NCBI GenBank assembly: GCA_900313805.1
Contig: OMSQ01000023.1
Location: 1 to 37,157, forward strand
Direction: 5' to 3'
DNA: 37,157 bases
Origin: an uncultured Prevotella sp.
Lineage (GTDB): Bacteria; Bacteroidota; Bacteroidia; Bacteroidales; Bacteroidaceae
Of this stretch, positions 19,004 to 27,599 are shown in pieces. Under the pieces are notes generated by a model. That model did not search any database and was not told the origin of the DNA. It saw nothing but the letters and a program-made list of their open reading frames with translations. Each line of letters starts with the position of its first letter. Positions within the stretch are counted from its first letter, which is position 1. A program made the translations under genes and the position numbers.

Positions 19004-19663
19004 TTATTGTTCTTTTTCCGTATTTTGTTCAGTTTTTTTTGCCTTGTGTTTCTTCCAGAAATGCCTTGCCACGAAGAATACCACTACTGCCACAACCAGT
19101 ATGATGAGTCCCCACTTTATGTACTCGCCGTATTCCTCTATCTTGCTGTCCAGTTGTTCTGGCGGCACCACGGAGTGCAGGTACCATCCCAGCGCTGCCA
19201 GTATGCAGTTCCAGATGCCGGCACCGATGGTGGTATAGAGCAGGAATTTCCAGTAAGTCATACGTGCCAGTCCGGCGGGTATGGAGATGAGGTGGCGTAT
19301 GCCTATGAGCAGTCGGCCTGTGATGGTGGCCACCATGCCGTGGTCGTTGAAGTATTTCTCGCTCTTCTCCACTTTCTCCTGGTTGAGCAGGCACAGGTGT
19401 CCCCAGCGGCTGTTGGCGAAGCGGTAGATGATGGGCCTGCCCAGGTAGTAGCCGGCCAGATAGTTGATGGTGGCACCCAGGTCGGCGCCTATGGTGGCGA
19501 AGAGTATCACCAGAAAGATGTTGAGGTTGCCGTCGGCAGCGTAGTATGCCGCGGGCGACACCACCAGTTCCGATGGTACGGGTATCACTGTGCTCTCCAG
19601 CATCATCAGAAAGAGGATGGTGCCGTAGTTGAGGTTGCCCAGCAGGTTGCTTATCCAGTTCAT
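19004..19663 (-). CDS. dedA: DedA family membrane protein
   Basis: ESTVIPVPSE and GRLLIGIRHLISIPAG motifs. Confidence 0.9.
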   Translation of the reverse strand: MNWISNLLGNLNYGTILFLMMLESTVIPVPSELVVSPAAYYAADGNLNIFLVILFATIGADLGATINYLAGYYLGRPIIYRFANSRWGHLCLLNQEKVEKSEKYFNDHGMVATITGRLLIGIRHLISIPAGLARMTYWKFLLYTTIGAGIWNCILAALGWYLHSVVPPEQLDSKIEEYGEYIKWGLIILVVAVVVFFVARHFWKKHKAKKTEQNTEKEQ

Positions 19664-20916
19664 TGTCTTGTCTTTAAGTGTATAGTGTCGAAATTGTTAT
19701 TTGCATATTCCTGATAGTCCTTCGCCTCCATGCCGTCGGGAAAGAGTGGTGCGAGGGTCTCAACCACCTTGTCGGGCGTACACTCCAGCCCTTTTGCCAG
19801 ATGGTCGAGGAAGGCCTCATAGCGGCCTGCCAGAGCGTCGACAAAGGCCAGCAGGTCATAGCGGTCGTGCCAATCTCCTCCGTTTGCTTCGTCCGACATG
19901 CCAACAAACCGTGATATGTCGTCCTCTATCATCTTCACCGCCTCATCGGTCCGGTTCAGTTTCAGCAGTATGCGTACCTGCTCTACGTGTATCTCGTATC
20001 GCAGGTCGCTCTGTCTCTCGCTGGTATATTCCTCGGCGCGGCTGAGTAGTGCGAGAGCCTCCTCTGGGTGCCCGTTGTCCAGTTGCGCTATGGCGGCGCA
20101 CATCTCTGTGTGCACATCGTGCGGGTGGTATTTTCGTGCCAGGTCAAAATACTCCTTGGCACCCTCGGCATTTCCCAGGCGGTTCAGTCCGTTGGCTTTT
20201 ATCACCAGTGCCTCACGGTTGGTAGGTTCTATGGCTATGGCATATTCGCAACTGTTGATGCTGTCCTCAGTGCGCTGTAGCATGAACTGTGCGGTGGCCA
20301 GTTGCACCCAGTAGAAAGTGGAGTAGGGGTTCTCGTCTATCAGTCGCTCGAATATCTCTGCTGCCTCGGCATAGTTGCCCTCCATGGCCAGTATTCGTGC
20401 CTTGGTCTCCTGATAGTCCTCGTGGTCGGTCATGTCAGAGCGTTTCAGCCATTCGCTGGCCAGTTCCGGCTGTTCGTAGTCGGCATAGAGCATGGCCATG
20501 TCTATGCCCAGGTCGTCGCGGTCGTCCTCGCTGATGTTGTCATACACCTCCAGCATCAACTCATTGGCCTCTTCTGTCTGTCCCTCGGCTATCAGCAGTT
20601 CCGCCTCCAGGTAGTGATAGTCCACCCCGTCGTGGTCGTCCATGCGTTCCAGCCATTGGTATGCCTCGTCCAGGTTGCCGTCGCGCAGCACCAGCAGTCG
20701 GGCCTTGAATCCAATGAGTGGTGTGTGGTCAGGATAGAGAGTCAGGGCATAGTCCACGCACTCCATGGCTTCGTCCAGTCGGCCGTTCACCTGGTAGTAC
20801 TCCACTATGTCGCACAACTCATCCACGTCCATGAACACCGTCCGTCCGTTGTCCCTGGCCTGCTCATAGAGTCGCAACTGCCTCAGAAACTCCTGTTCTC
20901 TCTCCAGATTGCTCAT
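19660..20916 (-). CDS. Tetratricopeptide repeat protein
   Basis: Repeated TPR-like helices (e.g. GNYAEAAEIFERLIDENPYS); start 20916 overlaps the glnS stop (ATGA). Confidence 0.85.
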   Translation of the reverse strand: MSNLEREQEFLRQLRLYEQARDNGRTVFMDVDELCDIVEYYQVNGRLDEAMECVDYALTLYPDHTPLIGFKARLLVLRDGNLDEAYQWLERMDDHDGVDYHYLEAELLIAEGQTEEANELMLEVYDNISEDDRDDLGIDMAMLYADYEQPELASEWLKRSDMTDHEDYQETKARILAMEGNYAEAAEIFERLIDENPYSTFYWVQLATAQFMLQRTEDSINSCEYAIAIEPTNREALVIKANGLNRLGNAEGAKEYFDLARKYHPHDVHTEMCAAIAQLDNGHPEEALALLSRAEEYTSERQSDLRYEIHVEQVRILLKLNRTDEAVKMIEDDISRFVGMSDEANGGDWHDRYDLLAFVDALAGRYEAFLDHLAKGLECTPDKVVETLAPLFPDGMEAKDYQEYANNNFDTIHLKTRQ

Positions 20917-22616
20917 TTGTTCATGCGTGCCCAGGTATCTTTCAGTCCCACGGTCTTGTTGAACACGGGGTGCTCGCTGTTGCCCTCTGGGTCTGCCATG
21001 AAGTAGCCGATGCGCTGGAACTGCAGGTATTCGCCTGGCTTGCGTTCGGCGGCGTATGGCTCCACGTAGCACTTGGTGAGTGTGGTGAGCGACTGCGGGT
21101 TGAGCAGTTCGCGGAAGTCGCGCTCGTCGGCAGAGGGGTTCTCCACCTCAAACAGCCGGTCGTAGATTCTCACCTCGGCCTCCACGCAGTGGTCGGCCGA
21201 CACCCAGTGCAGTGTGCCCTTCACCTTGCGGTTGGCACCCTCGCGTCCGCTGAGTGTGTCGGGGTCGTACTCTGCCAGTATCTCTGTCACCTCGCCCTGT
21301 TCGTTTTTCACGCATCCCGTGCATTTCACTATATAGGCGTTTTTCAGTCGCACCTCTTTGCCCGGTGTCATGCGGAAGAATTTCTTCGGTGCGTCCTCCA
21401 TGAAGTCGTCACGTTCTATCCACAGATGTTTCGAGAAAGTGATGCTGTGTGTGCCGTCGGCCTCACACTCGGGGTTGTTCACGGCCGTCATCTCCTCACT
21501 CTCTCCGTCGGGGTAGTTGGTTATGGTGAGTGCCACGGGGTTGAGCACAGCCGACACACGTTGTGCTCTGGCGTTCAGGTCGTCGCGCACGGCGGCCTCG
21601 AGCAGGGCCATGTCGTTGAGGGCGTCAAACTTAGTGTAGCCTATCGAGTCGATGAAGCGTCGGATACTCTCGGGTGAGTAGCCGCGGCGGCGCATGCCGC
21701 TGAGTGTGGGCATGCGTGGATCGTCCCATCCGCTCACCAGACCTTCGTTGACCAGAGCCAGCAGTTTGCGCTTACTCATCATGGTATAGGTCAGGTTCAG
21801 ACGGTTGAACTCTATCTGTCGGGGACGGTATGAGTGCTGCTGCTCCTTCTCCTGCAGGTAGTCTACAAAGAGGTCATAGAGTGGGCGGTGGGGCACAAAT
21901 TCCAGTGTGCAGATAGAGTGCGTCACCCCTTCGAAGTAGTCGCTCTGCCCATGTGCGAAGTCGTACATGGGATATGCGTGCCACTTAGTGCCTGTGCGGT
22001 GGTGTGGTGTGTGTATGATGCGGTAGATGATGGGGTCGCGGAAGTGCATGTTGGGATTGGCCATGTCTATCTTCGCTCTCAGCACCATCGAACCTTCTAC
22101 TGCCTCGGGTGTGTTCATGGCGGCAAACAGTTTCAGGTTCTCCTCTATGGGGCGGTCACGATAGGGTGAGGGTGTGCCTGCCTGAGTGGGCGTGCCTTTC
22201 TGCTCAGCTATCTGCTCCGATGTCTGCTCGTCAACGTATGCCCGACCCTGACGTATGAGCCACAGGGCGAAGTCCCACAGCTTCTCAAAGTAGTCGGAGG
22301 CATAGTACACCTGTCCCCAATGGAAGCCCAGCCACTGTATGTCATTGAGGATGTTCTCCACATACTCGTTGTTCTCTTTTGTGGGGTTGGTGTCGTCGAA
22401 GCGCAGGTTGCACACGCCGTTGTATTTCTCTGCTATGCCGAAGTCCATGCAGATGGCCTTGGCGTGTCCTATGTGCAGGTAGCCGTTGGGCTCTGGTGGA
22501 AATCGTGTCTGTATGCGTCCGTCGTTCTTCTTCTCGGCCAGGTCGGCCTCTACCATCTGTTCCACGAAACTGATGCTGCGTTTCTCCTCAGCAGGAGTCA
22601 TTTCTGTTGTTGCCAT
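20913..22616 (-). CDS. glnS: Glutamine--tRNA ligase
   Basis: TRFPPEPNGYLHIGH, MSKRK, WDDPRMPT and QFQRIGYF motifs. Confidence 0.97.
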   Translation of the reverse strand: MATTEMTPAEEKRSISFVEQMVEADLAEKKNDGRIQTRFPPEPNGYLHIGHAKAICMDFGIAEKYNGVCNLRFDDTNPTKENNEYVENILNDIQWLGFHWGQVYYASDYFEKLWDFALWLIRQGRAYVDEQTSEQIAEQKGTPTQAGTPSPYRDRPIEENLKLFAAMNTPEAVEGSMVLRAKIDMANPNMHFRDPIIYRIIHTPHHRTGTKWHAYPMYDFAHGQSDYFEGVTHSICTLEFVPHRPLYDLFVDYLQEKEQQHSYRPRQIEFNRLNLTYTMMSKRKLLALVNEGLVSGWDDPRMPTLSGMRRRGYSPESIRRFIDSIGYTKFDALNDMALLEAAVRDDLNARAQRVSAVLNPVALTITNYPDGESEEMTAVNNPECEADGTHSITFSKHLWIERDDFMEDAPKKFFRMTPGKEVRLKNAYIVKCTGCVKNEQGEVTEILAEYDPDTLSGREGANRKVKGTLHWVSADHCVEAEVRIYDRLFEVENPSADERDFRELLNPQSLTTLTKCYVEPYAAERKPGEYLQFQRIGYFMADPEGNSEHPVFNKTVGLKDTWARMNK

Positions 22617-22649
22617 ATTGTTTTTTCCTCTTTTTTCGTTTTATGCTTG

Positions 22650-22657
22650 CAAAATTA
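22650..22657 (-). promoter_or_regulatory. -7 box upstream of glnS
   Basis: Minus-strand taattttg, 33 nt before the ATG. Confidence 0.6.
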
Positions 22658-22724
22658 CAACTTTTCGGCATATATCACTCATTTTGCGTGGAAAAAGACG
22701 TTTTTTCATGGCATACTATCCATG

Positions 22725-22784
22725 GAAACAAAAGCAAGACCGGCATCCATACCGCTCTGCGGAGTAGATGCCGGTCTCGCTTTT
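22725..22784 (-). terminator. Long intrinsic terminator hairpin
   Basis: aaaagcaagaccggcatc(22730-47)/gatgccggtctcgctttt(22767-84); on the minus strand it ends cuuuuguuu. Confidence 0.7.
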
Positions 22785-22892
22785 ATGAGAGGGTGGGGCG
22801 GAGTGCCCTTGCGGGCACTCATCCACCATTGCTATTCTTCATCCCAAAGACTCCTTCTGTGTTGTAGTGTGAGGTCAGTGCCTAGTTTAGTC
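22725..22892 (-). ncRNA. Candidate structured small RNA / leader RNA (family not recognised)
   Basis: Minus-strand -7 box tatctttg at 22896-22903; GAGUGCCC-GCAA-GGGCACUC hairpin; long terminal hairpin followed by a U-tract; no long ORF on that strand. Confidence 0.6.
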
Positions 22893-23024
22893 CGACAAAG
22901 ATATGAATGTTTTATGAATAATTAATTTTTTCTCTCTTTTTTTTCTTATTTTGACGAATTTATTAAAATTAGAGGCCTTTTTGTGTGTGATTTATTAAAA
23001 TCATCGCAGGTTTGATTATAAATT

Positions 23025-23096
23025 CACCACAGAGACACAAAAGCACGGAGGTCACAAATTGAGATAAGACTCTGTGACCTCCGTGCCTCTGTGGTG
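23025..23096. repeat. REP-like palindromic element (cacagag/ctctgtg type)
   Basis: caccacagag(23025-34)/ctctgtggtg(23087-96) and gcacggaggtcaca(23043-56)/tgtgacctccgtgc(23073-86). Confidence 0.7.
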
Positions 23097-23107
23097 GCGA
23101 ATACAAA

Positions 23108-24814
23108 TCACAGCACCACTTTTCGTGAGCGCTTGCCAGTGGGTCCTGTCACGGTGACCACGTAGACTCCGGAGGGGAGGGCACTGGCATCGAGACTGGT
23201 CATGCTGCCGTCAAGAGAGAGGGCGAGCAACTGGCGACCGCTGCTGTCGGTGACGGAGAGCGTGGTATAGCCGTCGGCTATCACCCGCCACTCACGCCTG
23301 CCTGCACGTATCATGCGGAAAGGTGCGGCTTTGCCAGCCTCTATCTCCTCTATGCCGTCGTAGTCTGCCAGGAGGAGCTTGCTGTCCATCCACGTCAGAC
23401 GATTGGCTATCCACTGCTTCAGGTGACTGATCTCGTTGGTGAACGATGATGCCACGTAGGCATTAGGCCACACGTAGGTGTTCCAGCGGGGCCACGCCTG
23501 CGAGTTGCGACCCTCAGCACCCTTGGCAGTGAGGCGGTTGGACAGCGAGTCAACCATGGCGAAGATATGTTCGTTAGTGTAGTTCTCGTGGCGGTACTGT
23601 GTCCAGCGGTTCTTCAACTTCTGTTCGTAGGCGGGGTCGGTCATCAGGCGCACCCACCAGAATGGCTGCAGACGGTCGTCGTTCCAGAAGAAGTTGTCGT
23701 TCTCGTCGTTCATCAGATACACCCAGGTATTCGTGGCCGAACCATCATAGTAGTCGGCATTGCCGAAGGCGATGTTGAAGTCCCACAGACTGGTCTTCCA
23801 TCGCGGGTCCACGCTGTCGCGGTGCTTGTATAGGTTGGTAGACAGGCGGTAGCCGTCCACGTTGTGAGCGAATTCCTGAGATAATTGATGGTCGATGAAC
23901 GACATCACGTCCATCTGCGAGGCATAGCCGTTCACCGGGTCCTTATAGTTGCTGCCCGCCAGCACATCCTCCATGGCGTCTATCTTGGAGTGCAGATAGT
24001 TCAACTGCGTGCTGTTCATGTCCTCATATTCCGGACTCTTATATTGAAACACGATGTCGCGCCATGTTATCTCATAGCCGTTGCTGCGGCGCGGGCAGTG
24101 TTTCGAGGTGTAGACATGGTCCTCGTCGTTGCGGTCCACCTCTACCTGATAGCCGCCAGTCAGAGCATCACCCTCATCGCCCGGGTCATCCAGGTTCAGA
24201 CGCTTCTTGCCACTGGTCACTCGCTCTGAGAGTATGTACACTCCGTAGTATATGTCGTCGAGTATCACCTCGCAGTAGCGACCGGTGGGCACAAACTCCA
24301 TGTAGGGCTTGGCCAGGGTGAGGGCCAGCAGGTCGCGCATCATGCTCTTGTCTGAGTAGGGTGCCAGCAGGGCCCAGTCGTTGTCCTTGCCCATGCCGAG
24401 CAGACTCACTTTCTGCTTCTTTCCGCCGGCCTCGTATGTGCCATTGAGGGTCTTGAAGGAGTAGGGCTTCTTGTCGCTCATGGTAAACGAGCTGTTGCCG
24501 CGGTAGCGCAGTCCCACCCATCCGTCATAGTCTTTTTTCTGCCCGGGGTTTGAGGTGGTGTCGGCATAGTTGAGCTGTCCCTCACCGTTGTCGATGATCT
24601 TCATGTGTACGCTGATGCGCTCCTCGCGGTCGATGGTCTGACGGCTGCCCGTCACCTTGCGGGTGTCGAGATACACGATGGGCAGGTTGGTCACTGTCAG
24701 TTTCACGTTTCTGTTGTCGGGTCTGTAGTTGTCCCAGCGTTGTGCCTGCACAGGCACGGCGGCACCCATGACGAGGAGTGCCACAAAGCATTTTTTTAGG
24801 TTTGAGAGAATCAT
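23108..24814 (-). CDS. CotH kinase family protein with signal peptide and T9SS C-terminal domain
   Basis: RGNSS..KKPY, W.L.A.Y.DKS.MRD, Y.GVY.L.E, NVDG and WDFNIAFG motifs; C-terminal LPSGVYVV...KVV; start 24814 (or 24856). Confidence 0.85.
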   Translation of the reverse strand: MILSNLKKCFVALLVMGAAVPVQAQRWDNYRPDNRNVKLTVTNLPIVYLDTRKVTGSRQTIDREERISVHMKIIDNGEGQLNYADTTSNPGQKKDYDGWVGLRYRGNSSFTMSDKKPYSFKTLNGTYEAGGKKQKVSLLGMGKDNDWALLAPYSDKSMMRDLLALTLAKPYMEFVPTGRYCEVILDDIYYGVYILSERVTSGKKRLNLDDPGDEGDALTGGYQVEVDRNDEDHVYTSKHCPRRSNGYEITWRDIVFQYKSPEYEDMNSTQLNYLHSKIDAMEDVLAGSNYKDPVNGYASQMDVMSFIDHQLSQEFAHNVDGYRLSTNLYKHRDSVDPRWKTSLWDFNIAFGNADYYDGSATNTWVYLMNDENDNFFWNDDRLQPFWWVRLMTDPAYEQKLKNRWTQYRHENYTNEHIFAMVDSLSNRLTAKGAEGRNSQAWPRWNTYVWPNAYVASSFTNEISHLKQWIANRLTWMDSKLLLADYDGIEEIEAGKAAPFRMIRAGRREWRVIADGYTTLSVTDSSGRQLLALSLDGSMTSLDASALPSGVYVVTVTGPTGKRSRKVVL

Positions 24815-24852
24815 GATTTGATACAATGATATAATAATGTGTGGAAAATACT

Positions 24853-25926
24853 TCATAGTGTGCCCTTGCTCGATGGCAGGGTGTAGTGGCTGATGTCGCG
24901 TCGCACGGCCATGCGCAGCGAGCGTGCGAGGGCCTTGAATATGCCCTCTATCTTGTGGTGTTCGTTCTGTCCGGTGGCGCGTATGTGCAGGTTCATGCGT
25001 GCAGCGTCGCTCAGGCTCTTGAAGAAGTGGAGGAACATCTCCGTGGGCATGTCGCCCACCCGCTCGCGGTGGAAGTCGGCCTCCCACACCAGCCAGGGTC
25101 GCCCGCTGAAGTCGAGCGATACCGAGCACTCGCAGTCGTCCATGGGCAGTTGGAACCCATAGCGCTCTATGCCTCGCTTGTCGCCTAGGGCGCGGAGCAG
25201 CGTCTCGCCCAGCACAATTGCCACATCCTCTATGGTGTGGTGTTCGTCCACGTGGAGATCGCCCTTGCAGATGATGTCCAGGTCCATCATGCCGTGATGC
25301 CCTATCTGGTCGAGCATGTGGTCGAAAAAGCCCAGTCCGGTATGTATGTTGGTCTTGCCGCTGCCGTCGATGTTCAGTCGCACGCTGATGTCGGTCTCGC
25401 GTGTGGCACGGTGACATTCGCAGATGCGGTCGCCGGCAAACACCCGTTCTGCCACGCGGTCCCAGTCGGTGCCGTCGCTGCCCAGTATCAGCGCACGGCA
25501 GCCCAGGTTCTCTGCCAGCTGACGGTCGCTCTCCCTGTCGCCTATCACCCAACTGCCCTCCAGGTCGTATTTCTCGGCATCCATATATGCAGTGAGCATG
25601 CCTGTGCCGGGCTTGCGGTTGGGGTGGTTGTCTTCGGGGAAGTGGGGGTCTATGTGTTGTGCGGAGAAGTGGATGCCCTCGTCCTCAAGGGCCTGGATGA
25701 TGAAACGGTGCACGGGCCAGAAGGTGTCCTCGGGGAAACTGGCGGTGCCCAGTCCGTCCTGATTGCTCACCATCACCAGTTCGTAGTCGGTATGCCGGGC
25801 TATGAAGGCCAGGTTGCGAAACATGCCTGGCACGAAGCGCAGTTTCGCGAAACTGTCTATCTGCTCATCCTCCGGCTCGCATATCAGTGTGCCGTCGCGG
25901 TCTATGAAAAGTACTCGTTTTCTCAT
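24853..25926 (-). CDS. hisB: Bifunctional histidinol-phosphatase / imidazoleglycerol-phosphate dehydratase
   Basis: [11 protein letters not shown] motif; [21 protein letters not shown] and PSSKG. Confidence 0.96.
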   Translation of the reverse strand: MRKRVLFIDRDGTLICEPEDEQIDSFAKLRFVPGMFRNLAFIARHTDYELVMVSNQDGLGTASFPEDTFWPVHRFIIQALEDEGIHFSAQHIDPHFPEDNHPNRKPGTGMLTAYMDAEKYDLEGSWVIGDRESDRQLAENLGCRALILGSDGTDWDRVAERVFAGDRICECHRATRETDISVRLNIDGSGKTNIHTGLGFFDHMLDQIGHHGMMDLDIICKGDLHVDEHHTIEDVAIVLGETLLRALGDKRGIERYGFQLPMDDCECSVSLDFSGRPWLVWEADFHRERVGDMPTEMFLHFFKSLSDAARMNLHIRATGQNEHHKIEGIFKALARSLRMAVRRDISHYTLPSSKGTL

Positions 25927-26825
25927 TGTTCTTGGTCTGTATCGTCGGTTGTTGTCATGTTACGTCTGCGTGCCTCACGCCATCTCACGGAACCCGTGGC
26001 ATAGTACAGTGCCACGGTCATCAGTTGCCACATATACCACAGTATCAGTGTGACGATGGCTGCCACTATGGCCCCCACCCATGCCATGGATGCCGGCATG
26101 CCGGAGGGGTCGCCGCCCACCACGCCCTGCACAGAGGCGTCGTTGGCCATGCCCAGTATCACCAAGGGCAGCAGCACCACGGCGGTCACTATGAGCAGCA
26201 TGGTGCCCAGCAGCACGATGAGCATGAACAGGAAACCGTAGTGGCGCAGGGCGGTCCATAGACCGCTGCCCAGACCGTTGAGGTACGGGCGGTTGGCGCG
26301 CGCCATGTATGCCATGTTATAGGCTGAGAGGGGCAGGGTGATCAGGGTGAGCACCACGGCTGCCACTATATGTGCCAGCCACCACGGCATGTCGGCCGTC
26401 TCGGTGCCGCAGAGAGCCATGATGCCAAAGATGATGCCTGTAACTACAGCGGTGCCCACTAAGCAGGCTGCCGTAGCTACAGCGGCACGCCGCAGGTTGG
26501 GCCTGCGGCCCTCCTGGTTGAGTATGTTCATCACGCGGGCGAATGCCCAGGTGCCAGCGGCAAGCATGACCACTGCTGCCACCACCGAGAGTATGAGGCG
26601 CGGGGTGTCGTCGCTCAGGTCCTTGCCACCGTGTGCCAGGGTGTGAAGTGCCACCGACAGTGCCAGCAGCACCACAGGGCACCAGGCACTGCGCCACAAG
26701 CGGCTGCCATTGACACACCACCAGCGCCAGGCAGTGGCTATGCAACCGCGTACGCTGCGGTTTTTCTCGTACACTTCGGTCGATACGGTCTGCACGTTGT
26801 TGTTTTCCTTGTTCATATTTGTCAT
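25923..26825 (-). CDS. Hypothetical multi-pass membrane protein
   Basis: About six hydrophobic helices; ATGA overlap with hisB; alternative start at 26816. Confidence 0.7.
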   Translation of the reverse strand: MTNMNKENNNVQTVSTEVYEKNRSVRGCIATAWRWWCVNGSRLWRSAWCPVVLLALSVALHTLAHGGKDLSDDTPRLILSVVAAVVMLAAGTWAFARVMNILNQEGRRPNLRRAAVATAACLVGTAVVTGIIFGIMALCGTETADMPWWLAHIVAAVVLTLITLPLSAYNMAYMARANRPYLNGLGSGLWTALRHYGFLFMLIVLLGTMLLIVTAVVLLPLVILGMANDASVQGVVGGDPSGMPASMAWVGAIVAAIVTLILWYMWQLMTVALYYATGSVRWREARRRNMTTTDDTDQEQ

Positions 26826-26836
26826 TACCTTTTATA

Positions 26837-27586
26837 TTATATGATGTCTGCCCGCCGCCGTATCTCGCCACATACCAAGGCGGTGGCTATTGCCACGTTC
26901 AGACTCTCTGCTCCCTGACGGCTGGCAGGGTAGGAGGGTATGAGCAGACGGTGGGTCACCATGCGGCGCACCTCGTCGCTGATACCGTTGCCCTCATTGC
27001 CCATCACTATCAGTCCGTGGTTATGGAGCGGTGTGGCATATATGTTGTCGCCATTGAGTAGGGTGCCGTAGACGGGGGTGGAGGGCGGCAGACTCCGTAT
27101 CAGCGCGGGCAGGTCTGTGTACCAGACCCGCACTCTGGCTATGCTGCCCATGGTGGCTTGCACCACCTTGGGGTTCCACACGTCGGCTGTGCTCTCGCTG
27201 CAGAACACGGTGTCTATGCCAAACCAGTCGGCTATGCGCAGTATGGTGCCCATGTTGCCGGGGTCCTGCACTCCGTCGAGGGCCAGGCACAGGCGGGTGG
27301 CGCAGGATGCTATGGCCTGCTGCTCCTCGTCGCTGCTGTGCTGCGGCATGCGGAAGATGCCGAGGGTGCCCTGGGGGTGCTGCAGGAAACTCATGCGGCG
27401 CAGTTCGTCGTCGGTGACGGCGATAGCGTCAGCACGGCCGTTGCTGCTGTACAGACGGTAGACAGGCATAGTGCGCAACAGGTCGTCGCACACCTTGTCG
27501 CCCTCGGCCACAAACAGCCCGTGCAGGCGGCGGTACTTCTTCTGCTCCAGTTGTCTGACCAGCTTCAACTCGTTTCTGCTCACCAT
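26837..27586 (-). CDS. TrmH/SpoU family RNA methyltransferase
   Basis: QDPGNMGTILR, MGNEGNGI and ESLNVAIA motifs. Confidence 0.9.
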   Translation of the reverse strand: MVSRNELKLVRQLEQKKYRRLHGLFVAEGDKVCDDLLRTMPVYRLYSSNGRADAIAVTDDELRRMSFLQHPQGTLGIFRMPQHSSDEEQQAIASCATRLCLALDGVQDPGNMGTILRIADWFGIDTVFCSESTADVWNPKVVQATMGSIARVRVWYTDLPALIRSLPPSTPVYGTLLNGDNIYATPLHNHGLIVMGNEGNGISDEVRRMVTHRLLIPSYPASRQGAESLNVAIATALVCGEIRRRADII

Positions 27587-27599
27587 GGCACCGATGCTC

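Noticed and set aside
22725-22892. T-box, tRNA, SRP or 6S identity for the RNA upstream of glnS
   Set aside because: No T-box UGGNACC bulge, cloverleaf, SRP loop or long closing 6S-type duplex recognised.
24857-25552. Long N-terminal extension of the 814-aa ORF overlapping hisB (possible fusion or frameshift)
   Set aside because: Arg/His/Pro-rich off-frame translation of hisB; the real protein begins with a signal peptide at 24814/24856.
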